64,000 nucleotides of DNA, taken from assembly GCA_033854175.1 (NCBI GenBank), contig JAWOKN010000018.1, positions 22,039-86,038 on the forward strand, read 5' to 3'. Positions 50,216 through 59,735 of this stretch are shown here, one piece after another; position 1 is the stretch's first letter, and each line of letters begins with the position of its first letter. Source of the stretch: Bacteroidota bacterium. GTDB lineage: Bacteria; Bacteroidota; Ignavibacteria; UBA10030; SZUA-254. The position numbers and the translations under genes are program-made. The notes beneath the pieces were generated by a model. The model searched no databases, had not been told where the DNA came from, and saw nothing but the letters and a program-made list of their open reading frames with translations.

Positions 50216-51613
50216 TTACTCGCCGAAGTTGTAGCTTGCGGTAAGATATCCGAACGTGTTGATGTTGTCCTGCGCGCCGATGAGTCCGAGGCCGCGACGC
50301 AAGGCTTCCTCGCTGACGGTTGCATCGAGGGCGAATCCGCTGAACTTCAGCCCAACACCCAGTGTCACGAGTCCATCCCAGTTGGAGGCGTTGATACCGC
50401 CGAGTGAGACAAAGCTGTTCGGATTTGTCTGACTGAATTCCGCGGTATAGCCGGGATTCTCGATTTTCTGGTCAACACTCCCCAGCCAGCGGAAATATCC
50501 CGCACGGCCAGTGAGCCAATCGGTGAGCGTCCATTCCATACCGAGGTTAATAACCGGTATCGCATCATCCGATAATGTCGAGGTGGTGGTCACACGGGCA
50601 GCCGGCGGGGCCGCTGATCCAGGAGTTTGCTCGACTTTTTCCCTGAATGATTCGAAACTCAGACCACCTGCGAAATAGAAGTTTCCGGTTCTGTATTCAC
50701 CACCGGCACCGACCGCAAAGGTCAGGAGGCTGAAGCTGATATCAAACGGTGTCGTGGTGATGCCATCCGGACGCGTGTCCTCATTCGGACTTGCTGACGC
50801 TGTGCTCAATGAGGCGAAGGGAACAAAATTGAATTTGCTCGATACGTTGAATTTTCCCCTTGCCATGATGTCGAACTCGGTCCCCGACGAGGAGTATTCA
50901 CCGCTGTTGGTGGATGCAATCGGCGTGCCTGTTTCTTTATCATCGGCTTTATCCAGGCGAAACGCCGCCGCCGCGTCAAAACTGCTTCCACCGCCGAGAT
51001 TGACATTCACACCGGCCCGGACTCCCATCACACGCGAACTCGTCGATGAATCACCCGTGATACTTCCGGCCGAATTGTTGAACTTGCTTTCACTGTTTGA
51101 GTAGCCGTACATGACCGCAAATCCCAGATCGAGATTTGTCATCCGTGTCGATGCGACTAATTCCCACACGTTCCTCACCGGTGGAATGAACTGTGCATTC
51201 CGCGGTGCCTGCACGATGGTGCTCGGGAGCTGCGAATTGAAATTCACCAACGAAGGATCATAACTCAAAATTACTCCCAGGTTCCAACTATCGTTGAGGC
51301 CGAATGCCACGCCGGCGTTCTGGTTAAAGTATCCATCATCGGAAATAGAGCCGCCACTGTTGGACAATCCGGTCATTGCGCCGCCGCCGACGTTGAACCA
51401 GGCATAATCTTTGTAGGAGGCCTGATATGCCGGATTGAAGAACATCAGTGAGGGATCGTCGATAATGAACGGATTCATGACCGACATCGAGGTCACCCCG
51501 GTATTGGAACCGCCCATTGCCAATTCGCGGGCATACCCTCCGGGTTTCGCCTGTGAATAAGCCAGAGAGCTTATCGCGATCAGCAATACCACTACGATAG
51601 CAAGTTGTTTCAT
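50216..51613 (-). CDS. outer membrane beta-barrel protein, FadL/TodX(PorV)-family-like transporter
   Basis: 465 aa. Signal peptide (MKQLAIVVVLLIAISSLAYSQA). N-terminal hatch-like segment with an NPA motif (MFFNPAYQA) as in FadL-family proteins. Alternating Gly/aromatic beta-strand pattern throughout. Lies 1.6 kb from a beta-oxidation operon. Confidence 0.5.
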   Translation of the reverse strand: MKQLAIVVVLLIAISSLAYSQAKPGGYARELAMGGSNTGVTSMSVMNPFIIDDPSLMFFNPAYQASYKDYAWFNVGGGAMTGLSNSGGSISDDGYFNQNAGVAFGLNDSWNLGVILSYDPSLVNFNSQLPSTIVQAPRNAQFIPPVRNVWELVASTRMTNLDLGFAVMYGYSNSESKFNNSAGSITGDSSTSSRVMGVRAGVNVNLGGGSSFDAAAAFRLDKADDKETGTPIASTNSGEYSSSGTEFDIMARGKFNVSSKFNFVPFASLSTASASPNEDTRPDGITTTPFDISFSLLTFAVGAGGEYRTGNFYFAGGLSFESFREKVEQTPGSAAPPAARVTTTSTLSDDAIPVINLGMEWTLTDWLTGRAGYFRWLGSVDQKIENPGYTAEFSQTNPNSFVSLGGINASNWDGLVTLGVGLKFSGFALDATVSEEALRRGLGLIGAQDNINTFGYLTASYNFGE

Positions 51614-51733
51614 ATTACTCCTTCTGTGATGTGAAGAATATGTTGTTTTATTTTATTACTATTCTACCCTTCCAGAGATGGTGAGAGCGACCATGAGGCC
51701 GCTGAGGTACCATCCGCCAAAGGTGTCAGTGAG

Positions 51734-52321
51734 TTATTCCAAATCAAATACTAAACCAAGACCGAATCCCACCCAGCTCGTTGTGCTGCCTTCTGTGAAG
51801 ACCGCCGAGTAGTTTGCATGCACATCCACCCACATTTTATCCCCGGCCTTGAATTGTGCGCCAAGAACAGGCGAAACCCCGAATTTCGAGGTGCTGCTGC
51901 TCACACTTACTGTTGCACTGCCTACGGTTTCATCTGCGCTTGCTGACAAAACATATAATCCAACATTTGCCTGCCCGTATACCCGTGTGTCACCCGGCAT
52001 AAAGTAATACTTGCCGCCCAGAACAATCGGAATTATCCCCCATTTTGTGTTGATTGTCCCGCCGGTGAATGGATCACTAATATCCTTCCCGCTGAAATGC
52101 ACATAACCGGATGACAAGGTGAGTTGGAACGCCGGGTCGAACCCGTTGTACCCGACGAATGCAAGACCGCCAATACCGAAATTGCTCGCATTATTGAAAT
52201 CCCCCACCGGTACTCCTCCTTCGGCTCCAACACCGATCGACCATTGGCTCGGGCCTGCAGTCTGCCCATAAAGCGGCAATGCAATAATCAATAAGGCAAC
52301 CATTATCGCTAATTTCTTCAT
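51734..52321 (-). CDS. small outer membrane beta-barrel protein (OmpW/PF13505-like)
   Basis: 195 aa. Signal peptide, alternating amphipathic strands, Gly-rich, C-terminal aromatic-rich strand (GFGLGLVFDLE). Confidence 0.55.
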   Translation of the reverse strand: MKKLAIMVALLIIALPLYGQTAGPSQWSIGVGAEGGVPVGDFNNASNFGIGGLAFVGYNGFDPAFQLTLSSGYVHFSGKDISDPFTGGTINTKWGIIPIVLGGKYYFMPGDTRVYGQANVGLYVLSASADETVGSATVSVSSSTSKFGVSPVLGAQFKAGDKMWVDVHANYSAVFTEGSTTSWVGFGLGLVFDLE

Positions 52322-52383
52322 ATTGATTCTCCAACCCTTTCGATGTTATGTGTTGAATTTTCCGTTATTTAAAGAACGGATAG

Positions 52384-52412
52384 AGTATAGTAAAAAATAA
52401 ATGATTTGTCAA
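52384..52412 (-). promoter_or_regulatory. near-consensus sigma70 promoter for the 195-aa OMP gene
   Basis: Minus strand TTGACA-N17-TATACT, ~65 nt upstream of the ATG, with GGTTGGAGA as a possible SD sequence. Approximate coordinates. Confidence 0.5.
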
Positions 52413-52574
52413 GTCTTTTTTTCAACACGTGCTTTAAATAAACCGTATAAGCCATATTTAATGCTGAAAATAGTAAAATTTCATCTTAAATGATTAATTT
52501 TTTCTAATTTGAACACAAATGCCGATTCCCCAAAATTGTCTATAATTAAGGCATTTTTGGTGGCCGGCAGATGA

Positions 52575-52704
52575 GGGAAGAATCAGGTAAAAAAGGGAAA
52601 TGGAGGATTTTTATCACGGACCGACAGAACACCTCACGGACCGGAACTCTTCAGCTGAAAGCCGAAGTCCGGAACCTCTTGCATCAGGGGAAGAATCAGG
52701 TAAA
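52575..52704. repeat. two direct copies of a 17-18-nt motif (GGGAAGAATCAGGTAAA), ~113 nt apart, in a 390-bp AT-rich intergenic island
   Basis: Both copies were seen directly in the sequence. Between them lie a duplicated CACGGACCG and a duplicated TCCGGAAC flanking a TTCAGCTGAA palindrome. Local GC is far below the window average. Approximate coordinates. Confidence 0.6.
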
Positions 52705-52712
52705 TCGATCTA

Positions 52713-53189
52713 TTACGGGAGCGTGAAGCGAATGCCCGAGGTCAATGCAAAATAAAACGAAGATGATCCGCTTGTGAATACAGGACCAAATTGCAGATCG
52801 GCAGGTATGGAGACCTGACTGTTGATCGGAAAGTAAAATCCTCCACCAAAACGGAGCCCGAAATACGGTCCACCGGTAAAGGCCCACAAATTAAATCCGC
52901 CATCGATGTACGGTTGGATATTTGTCGTCGGCATGTCGATCAGATACTTGGCGAAAACAGCCCATTCAATGGGGGTGGAATTCTGTGTGTTGATGTTGAG
53001 GTCGGACCCAAACAATATATTATGTTTGTAGGCATAATCCCCCGTCACGCCAATCTGCACTCCGGCCGATGAGCCGCCATCCACACTCAAATTTGAAAAA
53101 CCAAACCTTCCCCCCAGGGTAACCGTTTGTGCCCGGCTCGCGATGGAAAAGATCATCAAAAGGGCAAGAACGAGAAATGCTGATTTCAT
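52713..53189 (-). CDS. small outer membrane beta-barrel protein
   Basis: 158 aa. Signal peptide (MKSAFLVLALLMIFSIASRAQ), beta-strand periodicity, ends in aromatic-rich FTLP. Confidence 0.5.
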   Translation of the reverse strand: MKSAFLVLALLMIFSIASRAQTVTLGGRFGFSNLSVDGGSSAGVQIGVTGDYAYKHNILFGSDLNINTQNSTPIEWAVFAKYLIDMPTTNIQPYIDGGFNLWAFTGGPYFGLRFGGGFYFPINSQVSIPADLQFGPVFTSGSSSFYFALTSGIRFTLP

Positions 53190-53211
53190 AACAATCTCCT
53201 TTCCGGTTAAG

Positions 53212-54354
53212 TTAGGATTTGAGTAACTCCCGCGATATCACCAGACGCTGAATTTCAGACGTTCCTTCATAAATTTCAGTTATTTTTGCGTCCCTCAGAT
53301 AGCGTTCGACGAGATATTCCTGTACATATCCATAACCCCCATGGATCTGAATCGCTTCCAGCGAGGCATCAACGGCGATTTTGGATGCGTAGAGTTTTGC
53401 CATCGCTGCCGTATGGGCAAACGGTTTTCCGGCGTCCTTTATCGCCGCCGCCTTCAGCGTCAGAAGCTCAGCAGCCTCGACCTTCGTGGCGATATCAGCG
53501 ATTTTGAACTGAATAGCCTGGAAATCGGCTATCGGCTTGCCAAAAGCCTTCCGCTGTTTGGCATATCCGATCGACGCGTCAAGAGAGGCTCTCGCAATCC
53601 CCACAGCCTGCGCCGCAATGCCTATCCGCCCGCCATCAAGCGTCATCATTGCAAATTTGAACCCGAAACCCTCATCGCCGATCCGGTCTGCCGGAGAGAT
53701 TTTGCAATCCTGAAATGCAAGCGATACGGTATCGGAACTGCGGATCCCGAGCTTTTTTTCCTTTTTTGCCACCGTAAATCCGGGGGTCCCCTTCTCAACA
53801 AGAAACGTCGATATGCCGTGGGAGCCTTTTGATCGGTCGGTCGTGGCCATAACGAGCACGTAATCGGCCGTCGAACCGTTGGTAATCCAGTTTTTTGTGC
53901 CGTTGAGTATGTACTCTCCCTCCCTTTTTTCAGCCATCGTATGCTGGTTGGAGGCATCACTCCCTGCTTCGGGTTCCGAAAGGGCGAATGCACCCAGTTT
54001 TTTCCCCGCAGCGAGCGGAATAAGGTACTTCTTTTTTTGTTCCTCGGACCCCCATTGATTTAAACCGTAACAGACCAGGGAGTTGTTTACCGACATGATG
54101 ACACCTGCCGAGGCGTCAACCTTCGAAATCTCAATCATCGCAAGAACATAGCTCACCGTATCCAGACCCGCCCCGCCATACTCCTCGGGCACCATCATTC
54201 CCATGAATCCGAGCTCACCCATCTTTTTTACTGCTTCATGGGGGAATTCCCCCTTCTCATCGCGCTCAACGGTCGAACCGGCGAGCTCATCAGCTGCGAA
54301 TTTCCGGGCCGTATCACGGATCATCAATTGCACATCGGTAAATTCAAAATCCAT
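53212..54354 (-). CDS. acyl-CoA dehydrogenase (short/branched-chain, butyryl-CoA dehydrogenase-like)
   Basis: 380 aa with canonical ACAD N-, middle- and C-domains and the catalytic Glu near the C-terminus (YEGTSEIQRLVISRELL). Confidence 0.9.
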   Translation of the reverse strand: MDFEFTDVQLMIRDTARKFAADELAGSTVERDEKGEFPHEAVKKMGELGFMGMMVPEEYGGAGLDTVSYVLAMIEISKVDASAGVIMSVNNSLVCYGLNQWGSEEQKKKYLIPLAAGKKLGAFALSEPEAGSDASNQHTMAEKREGEYILNGTKNWITNGSTADYVLVMATTDRSKGSHGISTFLVEKGTPGFTVAKKEKKLGIRSSDTVSLAFQDCKISPADRIGDEGFGFKFAMMTLDGGRIGIAAQAVGIARASLDASIGYAKQRKAFGKPIADFQAIQFKIADIATKVEAAELLTLKAAAIKDAGKPFAHTAAMAKLYASKIAVDASLEAIQIHGGYGYVQEYLVERYLRDAKITEIYEGTSEIQRLVISRELLKS

Positions 54355-54381
54355 ACGCTTTACCCTGCCTGTCGATGAAGT

Positions 54382-55245
54382 TTATTGTTTGTTTGCATAA
54401 TCATAAAACCCTCTCCCCGATTTCCTCCCCAGATAACCTGCCGAGACCATCTTTTTCAGCAACGGGCAGGGGCGGTATTTGTCGTCACCGAGTCCTTCAT
54501 GAAGGACGTTCATGATCGCCAGACAGACATCGAGTCCGATAAAATCTGCAAGCGCCAACGGTCCCATGGGGTGATTCATGCCGAGTTTCATGACGGTGTC
54601 GATCGACTCCGGTGAGGCCACACCCTCCATCACGCAATAGACAGCCTCATTGATCATCGGAAGCAGGATGCGGTTGGAGATAAAACCGGGATAATCATGC
54701 ACTTCAACAGGAGTCTTATCCAGGCTTTTCGCCACGGCAAGTATCGCCGACATTGTGGCGTCGGAGGTCGCAAGCCCGCGGATGATCTCGATGAGTTTCA
54801 TGACGGGAACAGGGTTCATGAAATGCATCCCGATCACCCTGTCAGGCCTCTGCGTCTTGGCGGCGAGCCCGGTGATCGAAATCGAGGAGGTGTTTGACGC
54901 AATGATCGCCGACGGACCCGCAATCCGGTCTGCCGTCCGGAAAATAGTCTCCTTGACGGCCTTATCCTCCGTCGCGGCTTCGATGATGAGATCTGCAGAA
55001 TCAGCCGCCTTGGCAAGATCGGTCGTGGTTCCGATTCTCGAGAGGGTCTGATTTTTCTGATCCTCCGTCAGGAGGGATTTTTTGATCTGACGGTCCAGAT
55101 TTGTTCTGATCGTCTGCATGCCGCGCTGGATAAATTCCTCCCGTATGTCGTGGAGCATGACCGCGTAGCCCGACTGCGCGAAAACATGCGCAATGCCGTT
55201 TCCCATCGTCCCTGCCCCAATGACAACGACCTTTTTTATCTCCAT
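54382..55245 (-). CDS. 3-hydroxybutyryl-CoA dehydrogenase
   Basis: 287 aa. NAD Rossmann N-terminus ([19 protein letters not shown]) plus 3HCDH C-domain. Confidence 0.9.
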   Translation of the reverse strand: MEIKKVVVIGAGTMGNGIAHVFAQSGYAVMLHDIREEFIQRGMQTIRTNLDRQIKKSLLTEDQKNQTLSRIGTTTDLAKAADSADLIIEAATEDKAVKETIFRTADRIAGPSAIIASNTSSISITGLAAKTQRPDRVIGMHFMNPVPVMKLIEIIRGLATSDATMSAILAVAKSLDKTPVEVHDYPGFISNRILLPMINEAVYCVMEGVASPESIDTVMKLGMNHPMGPLALADFIGLDVCLAIMNVLHEGLGDDKYRPCPLLKKMVSAGYLGRKSGRGFYDYANKQ

Positions 55246-55257
55246 GCTACCTGGCTC

Positions 55258-56436
55258 CTATCGTTCGACAATTAATCCGCTTGCCTCACCGCCGCCGATA
55301 CAGATTGCGGCCATTCCCCGTTTCACACCCAGCCGTTTCATCGCAAATAACAGTGTCACAAGAATCCTCGCGCCGCTGGCTCCGATGGGATGACCGAGCG
55401 CCACCGCCCCTCCCGCGACATTGACCTTCGCGGGATCCAGGCCGACCAGTTTGTTCACGGCAAGCGTCACAACAGAAAACGCCTCGTTGATCTCAAAAAG
55501 GTCGATATCCTCCTTCGACAGCCCGGCTTTCCCGAGAACCTTTTGAATGACATCTGCCGGCGCGGTGGTAAATTCAGCCGGTTTCCTGGCCGAAGAGCCG
55601 TACGCGACGATCCTTGCAAGCGGTGAGCAGCCGATCTTCGATGCCGTCTCCGCCGTCATCATCACCACCGCCGCTGCACCGTCATTGATTTTCGAGGCGT
55701 TTGCAGCAGTGATCGTCCCGTCCTTTTTAAACGCCGGCTTGAGTGCGGGGATCTTTTCAAACTTCACCTTCCTCGGTTCCTCATCCTCACTGAAGAGGAC
55801 CGGTTCACCCGATTTCTGCGGGACCGGGACCGGAACAATCTCCTCCCTGAAATATCCGCTCTTCTGGGCGCTTAACGTACGGTTGTAGCTTTCGACGGCA
55901 AAACTGTCCTGATCAGCACGGGGGATCTGACATGCAGCGGCGCATTGTTCAGCAGCATCCCCCATGTGGAAATCGTTATACACATCCCAAAGTCCGTCTT
56001 TAATCATGCCGTCAATGACCTGGCCATGCCCCATTCTGTACCCGCTTCTGGCCTTATCCAGCAGGTAAGGAACGTTTGACATGCTCTCCATTCCGCCTGC
56101 GACCACAACATTGGCATCCCCGAGGCGCAGGGATTGGGCCCCAAGCATGATTGCCTTCAACCCTGAACCGCACACCTTGTTGACGGTCAGGCATTCGACA
56201 CTCGTCGGTAACCCGGCAAAGATGGCGGCCTGACGTGCGGGAGCCTGACCCACACCAGCAGTCAACACACATCCCATGTTCACTTCATCAACGAGTTCAG
56301 GCTTGACACCAGACCGGCGGAGCGCTTCCCGAATCACCAGGGCACCTAGGTGCGGAGCGGTCAGTGAGGCCAGACCACCCCCAAATGACCCCACCGGAGT
56401 CCGGCATGCGCCGACGATGACAATATCATTATTCAA
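55258..56436 (-). CDS. acetyl-CoA C-acetyltransferase (thiolase II)
   Basis: 392 aa. Active-site Cys in VNKVCGSGLKA; C-terminal His and Cys motifs (GHPIGASGAR, AAICIGGGEA). Confidence 0.9.
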   Translation of the reverse strand: MNNDIVIVGACRTPVGSFGGGLASLTAPHLGALVIREALRRSGVKPELVDEVNMGCVLTAGVGQAPARQAAIFAGLPTSVECLTVNKVCGSGLKAIMLGAQSLRLGDANVVVAGGMESMSNVPYLLDKARSGYRMGHGQVIDGMIKDGLWDVYNDFHMGDAAEQCAAACQIPRADQDSFAVESYNRTLSAQKSGYFREEIVPVPVPQKSGEPVLFSEDEEPRKVKFEKIPALKPAFKKDGTITAANASKINDGAAAVVMMTAETASKIGCSPLARIVAYGSSARKPAEFTTAPADVIQKVLGKAGLSKEDIDLFEINEAFSVVTLAVNKLVGLDPAKVNVAGGAVALGHPIGASGARILVTLLFAMKRLGVKRGMAAICIGGGEASGLIVER

Positions 56437-56565
56437 CGTGTAGACCCTTTTTTTTCGTGTTGCTGAAAAGTTACAATAATTTCATAAATTTTGCAATAAA
56501 CGGAAGGACATTTTTTCGGAAATATCCACCCCCCACCGGGAAGCGGCTGCAAGCATCTTCCCCGG

Positions 56566-56597
56566 GCATAAAAATAAAACCCGGCACGAGTGCCGGG
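56566..56597 (-). terminator. strong rho-independent terminator downstream of the OmpA-TSP3 gene
   Basis: Minus strand CCCGGCAC-UC-GUGCCGGG (8-bp GC stem) followed by UUUUAUUUUUAU, ~35 nt after the stop. A second bulged GC hairpin follows. Approximate coordinates. Confidence 0.65.
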
Positions 56598-56629
56598 CTT
56601 TATCTGAATTGCGCCGGGTGGATGCGGGC

Positions 56630-58168
56630 CTATTTGAGTCTGACAAACTCGATCCGGCGGTTTTTCGCGCGCCCCGCCGCAGTCGAATTGTCAGCGATCG
56701 GCTTTGTAAAGCCGAATCCCTTTGTCGTGATTCTCGAACCCGCAATTCCTTTCTTGACAAGATATGCCTTCACCGCTTCAGCCCGGCCAACGGAGAGCTT
56801 CATGTTGTATTTTGCCCCGCCAACGTTGTCGGTGTGACCGTGAATGGCAACCTCCGCCTCGGGATATTTCATCAGGCTCGCCGCAACCTGATCCAGAATA
56901 CTTCTCGCGGTCGGGAGGAGTACAGTTTTGCCCGTCTCAAAATTCACGCCTTCCAGTATGATCCTCTCCCCCACGTTGATGATCGGAACGTCATCCGAGG
57001 GGTCAAGGGGATTTAATCCGAGCTGGATCTCTTTTCCATCGGGCATCCCGCCCCCATCAGTGTCCATCTTCAGGGGATCAGTATGATATTTCAGGACTTC
57101 GTCGCCATCGGTCAAACCATCACCGTCGGTATCCTTGTTCAGAGGGTCGGTGTGATACTTCAGGACCTCGTCGCCATCGGTCAAACCATCACCGTCAGTA
57201 TCCTTGTTCAACGGATCGGTATGATATTTCAGGACCTCGTCGCCATCGGTCAAACCATCACCGTCAGTATCCTTGTTCAACGGGTCGGTGTGGTATTTCA
57301 GGACTTCTTCGCCATCGCTCAATCCGTCACCGTCGGTATCATACTTCAAGGGATCAGTGTGATATTTCAGGACCTCATCCCCATCGCTCAATCCGTCACC
57401 ATCGGTGTCCCATTTCAGCGGATCCGTGTGATAGATGTGAACCTCTTCACCATCCTTGAGACCATCACCATCGGTATCCGGATTGTTGGGATCCGTGCCA
57501 ATCTGCTTCTCTTCATCATTGGTGAGACCATCACGGTCGGGATCATTATCGAACGGCTTCAGGAAGGATGTGATGGTCAGGCCGAAACTCCAGTAGGTAT
57601 CATTCGACCCCGATTTGATGTCATCGAGGTTGTCCGTCGAAAGTGCGTGATAGCTTGCCTGGATGCCGAACGACGTGACATCGGAAACCATGAACTGTAT
57701 ACCCCCGCCCAGGGGGATTTCCGAGGTCAGGTGTCCATACTCGTTATTCGCGTTTCTCGGGAGCGGCAAATCCTGCTGGTTGAGCGGATCAAAATAGAGT
57801 AAACCCGCGCCGGCGAAAGCGTAGGGCTGAAATTTCTGGGTTTTGGTGAAATTGATGATCAGACGGGCATCGATGGGAACAAGTGTCGAGGAAAAATAAT
57901 GGAGGCCATCATCGGCAGCCAGACGCCCCAGACCCACACCCCCCTCGATGGCAAAGAAAGGCGAGGCGTAATACCTCACGAATGCTCTTCCAAGGGGATA
58001 CATCCGGTGCTCTGGTATATCCGTATACGGAGTCCCCTCCCCGAGGTAGATGCCAATACCTACATTCCCTTCAGTTTCAGTTTTATCCGGGAGAACCTGA
58101 GCGAGGATGCGACAATTCGTCATCACGACCATGAGGATGACCGTCAGAACCCATCTGGATGTTTTCAT
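56630..58168 (-). CDS. OmpA-family outer membrane protein with thrombospondin type 3 (Ca-binding) repeats
   Basis: 512 aa. Signal peptide, N-terminal beta-barrel region, about seven 23-aa repeats DTDGDGL(S/T)DG(D/E)[10 protein letters not shown](K/N)x, and a C-terminal OmpA peptidoglycan-binding domain ([21 protein letters not shown]). Confidence 0.85.
   Translation of the reverse strand: MKTSRWVLTVILMVVMTNCRILAQVLPDKTETEGNVGIGIYLGEGTPYTDIPEHRMYPLGRAFVRYYASPFFAIEGGVGLGRLAADDGLHYFSSTLVPIDARLIINFTKTQKFQPYAFAGAGLLYFDPLNQQDLPLPRNANNEYGHLTSEIPLGGGIQFMVSDVTSFGIQASYHALSTDNLDDIKSGSNDTYWSFGLTITSFLKPFDNDPDRDGLTNDEEKQIGTDPNNPDTDGDGLKDGEEVHIYHTDPLKWDTDGDGLSDGDEVLKYHTDPLKYDTDGDGLSDGEEVLKYHTDPLNKDTDGDGLTDGDEVLKYHTDPLNKDTDGDGLTDGDEVLKYHTDPLNKDTDGDGLTDGDEVLKYHTDPLKMDTDGGGMPDGKEIQLGLNPLDPSDDVPIINVGERIILEGVNFETGKTVLLPTARSILDQVAASLMKYPEAEVAIHGHTDNVGGAKYNMKLSVGRAEAVKAYLVKKGIAGSRITTKGFGFTKPIADNSTAAGRAKNRRIEFVRLK
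57050..57490. repeat. near-identical 69-bp tandem repeats (coding for the TSP3 repeats of the OmpA gene)
   Basis: About 6 consecutive copies of GTCAAACCATCACCGTCGGTATCCTTGTTCAGAGGGTCGGTGTGATACTTCAGGACCTCGTCGCCATCG with only a few substitutions each. Entirely inside the CDS. Approximate coordinates. Confidence 0.85.
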
Positions 58169-58275
58169 ACTGGCCTGTGTTGTTTGGAACCCACGGCAAT
58201 TTACGGCTTGCAGAAATGAAAGTCAAGCATCCATTTCACCTAAAAACCACTAAAATGGAGTAAATCAGGAAGATT

Positions 58276-59529
58276 TCAGCTGTTCATGGAGCGGAGGAAC
58301 TCTTTGTTGGTCTTCGTCCCACGCATTTTTTCGAGGGCAAATTCCATGGCCTCAACGGTTGAAAAATCACTGAGTAATTTGCGGAGGATCCATACCCTGT
58401 TCAGCTCGTCAGCTTCCAGCAATAACTCCTCTTTTCGTGTACCGGAGCGGTTCACATCTATTGCCGGGAACATCCGGCGGTCGCTCAGTTTACGATCCAG
58501 GATGATTTCCATATTGCCCGTACCTTTGAATTCCTCGAAGATCACCTCATCCATCCGGCTCCCGGTTTCAATCAAGGCTGTCGCTATGATGGTGAGACTC
58601 CCCCCTTCCTCCACATTCCGTGCAGCACCGAAAAAGCGTTTTGGACGGTGGAGCGCATTTGCATCAACGCCTCCCGACAGGATCTTGCCGCTGTGAGGGA
58701 CAACCGTGTTGTGTGCCCGGGCGAGCCGGGTGATACTGTCGAGAAGAATTACAACATCCTTTTTGGCCTCCACCAGGCGTTTTGCCTTCTCAAGAACCAT
58801 GTCGGCAACCTGAACGTGGCGTTCCGGGGGCTCGTCAAATGTCGAACTGACGACCTCGGCGTTCACCGACCGCTCCATGTCCGTCACCTCCTCGGGTCGT
58901 TCATCGATCAGAAGAACGATGAGGAAAATCTCCGGATGGTTGCGTAAGACGCTGTTTGCGATTTTCTGGAGCAAAATGGTTTTCCCCGCCTTGGGAGGCG
59001 AAACGATCATTCCGCGCTGGCCCTTCCCGAGGGGAGTAAGGAGATCCATGATCCGCATGGAATATTCGCCCGGTGCAGTCTCGAGTTTAATACGGTTATT
59101 GGGGTAAAGTGGTGTGAGGTTGTCGAAGAGGACCCGCTCCCTGATGGCATCCGGGTTCTCATCGTTCACGGCCTCAACACGCAGAAGCGCAAAAAAGCGC
59201 TCTCCCTCCTTGGGCGGACGTACCTGACCGGTCACCGAATCACCGGTCCGGAGGTTGAATTTCTTGATCTGCGACGGTGAAACATAGATGTCGTCGGGGG
59301 AGGGAAGATAGTTGTAGTCGACCGACCGGAGAAAACCGTAACCGTCCGGCAACACCTCGAGGACCCCCTTGCTGAATGTAAGACCGTCTTTTTCCGTCTG
59401 GGCTTCCAGGATCTTGAAAATCATATCCTGTTTCCGCAGATCGGCATAGCCGGTGATGTTCAGCTCCTTGGCGATCTTGGTGAGTTCAGAAATCTTTTTG
59501 GATTTCAGCTCGGCAATGTCCATTGGCAT
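58276..59529 (-). CDS. rho: transcription termination factor Rho
   Basis: 417 aa. N-terminal RNA-binding and cold-shock (CSD)-like domain, RecA-type ATPase with Walker A ([12 protein letters not shown]) and Walker B. Confidence 0.95.
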   Translation of the reverse strand: MPMDIAELKSKKISELTKIAKELNITGYADLRKQDMIFKILEAQTEKDGLTFSKGVLEVLPDGYGFLRSVDYNYLPSPDDIYVSPSQIKKFNLRTGDSVTGQVRPPKEGERFFALLRVEAVNDENPDAIRERVLFDNLTPLYPNNRIKLETAPGEYSMRIMDLLTPLGKGQRGMIVSPPKAGKTILLQKIANSVLRNHPEIFLIVLLIDERPEEVTDMERSVNAEVVSSTFDEPPERHVQVADMVLEKAKRLVEAKKDVVILLDSITRLARAHNTVVPHSGKILSGGVDANALHRPKRFFGAARNVEEGGSLTIIATALIETGSRMDEVIFEEFKGTGNMEIILDRKLSDRRMFPAIDVNRSGTRKEELLLEADELNRVWILRKLLSDFSTVEAMEFALEKMRGTKTNKEFLRSMNS

Positions 59530-59703
59530 GGCTTTTCGACACCCTTAAAGAATGAAAAGGATTTGTTTAAAGAACTATTCGACACAGAATGATCTTATCC
59601 GATCACTGCACGTACAAATTCTGAGGAAAAATCCGATGTGTTAAGTGGTAGTTTAGAGTTTACAATCAGGGAAGTTTTTGTGCTTCCTGGATACAACAAA
59701 TAC

Positions 59704-59732
59704 AATATAAACCCCCTATTCCTCAAAGTCAA
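59704..59732 (-). promoter_or_regulatory. near-consensus sigma70 promoter for rho, with a ~170-nt AT-rich leader
   Basis: Minus strand TTGACT-N17-TATATT directly after the folC stop. The leader contains a bulged hairpin (CAGGAAG...CUUCCCUG). Approximate coordinates. Confidence 0.5.
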
Positions 59733-59735
59733 GTT

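Noticed and set aside
57083-57802. 239-aa plus-strand ORF with internal repeats, which could be mistaken for a repeat protein or CRISPR-like array
   Set aside because: It is the reverse-frame shadow of the 69-bp TSP3 coding repeats of the minus-strand OmpA gene. The repeats are contiguous with no spacers and lie in frame inside a well-supported CDS, so this is not a CRISPR.
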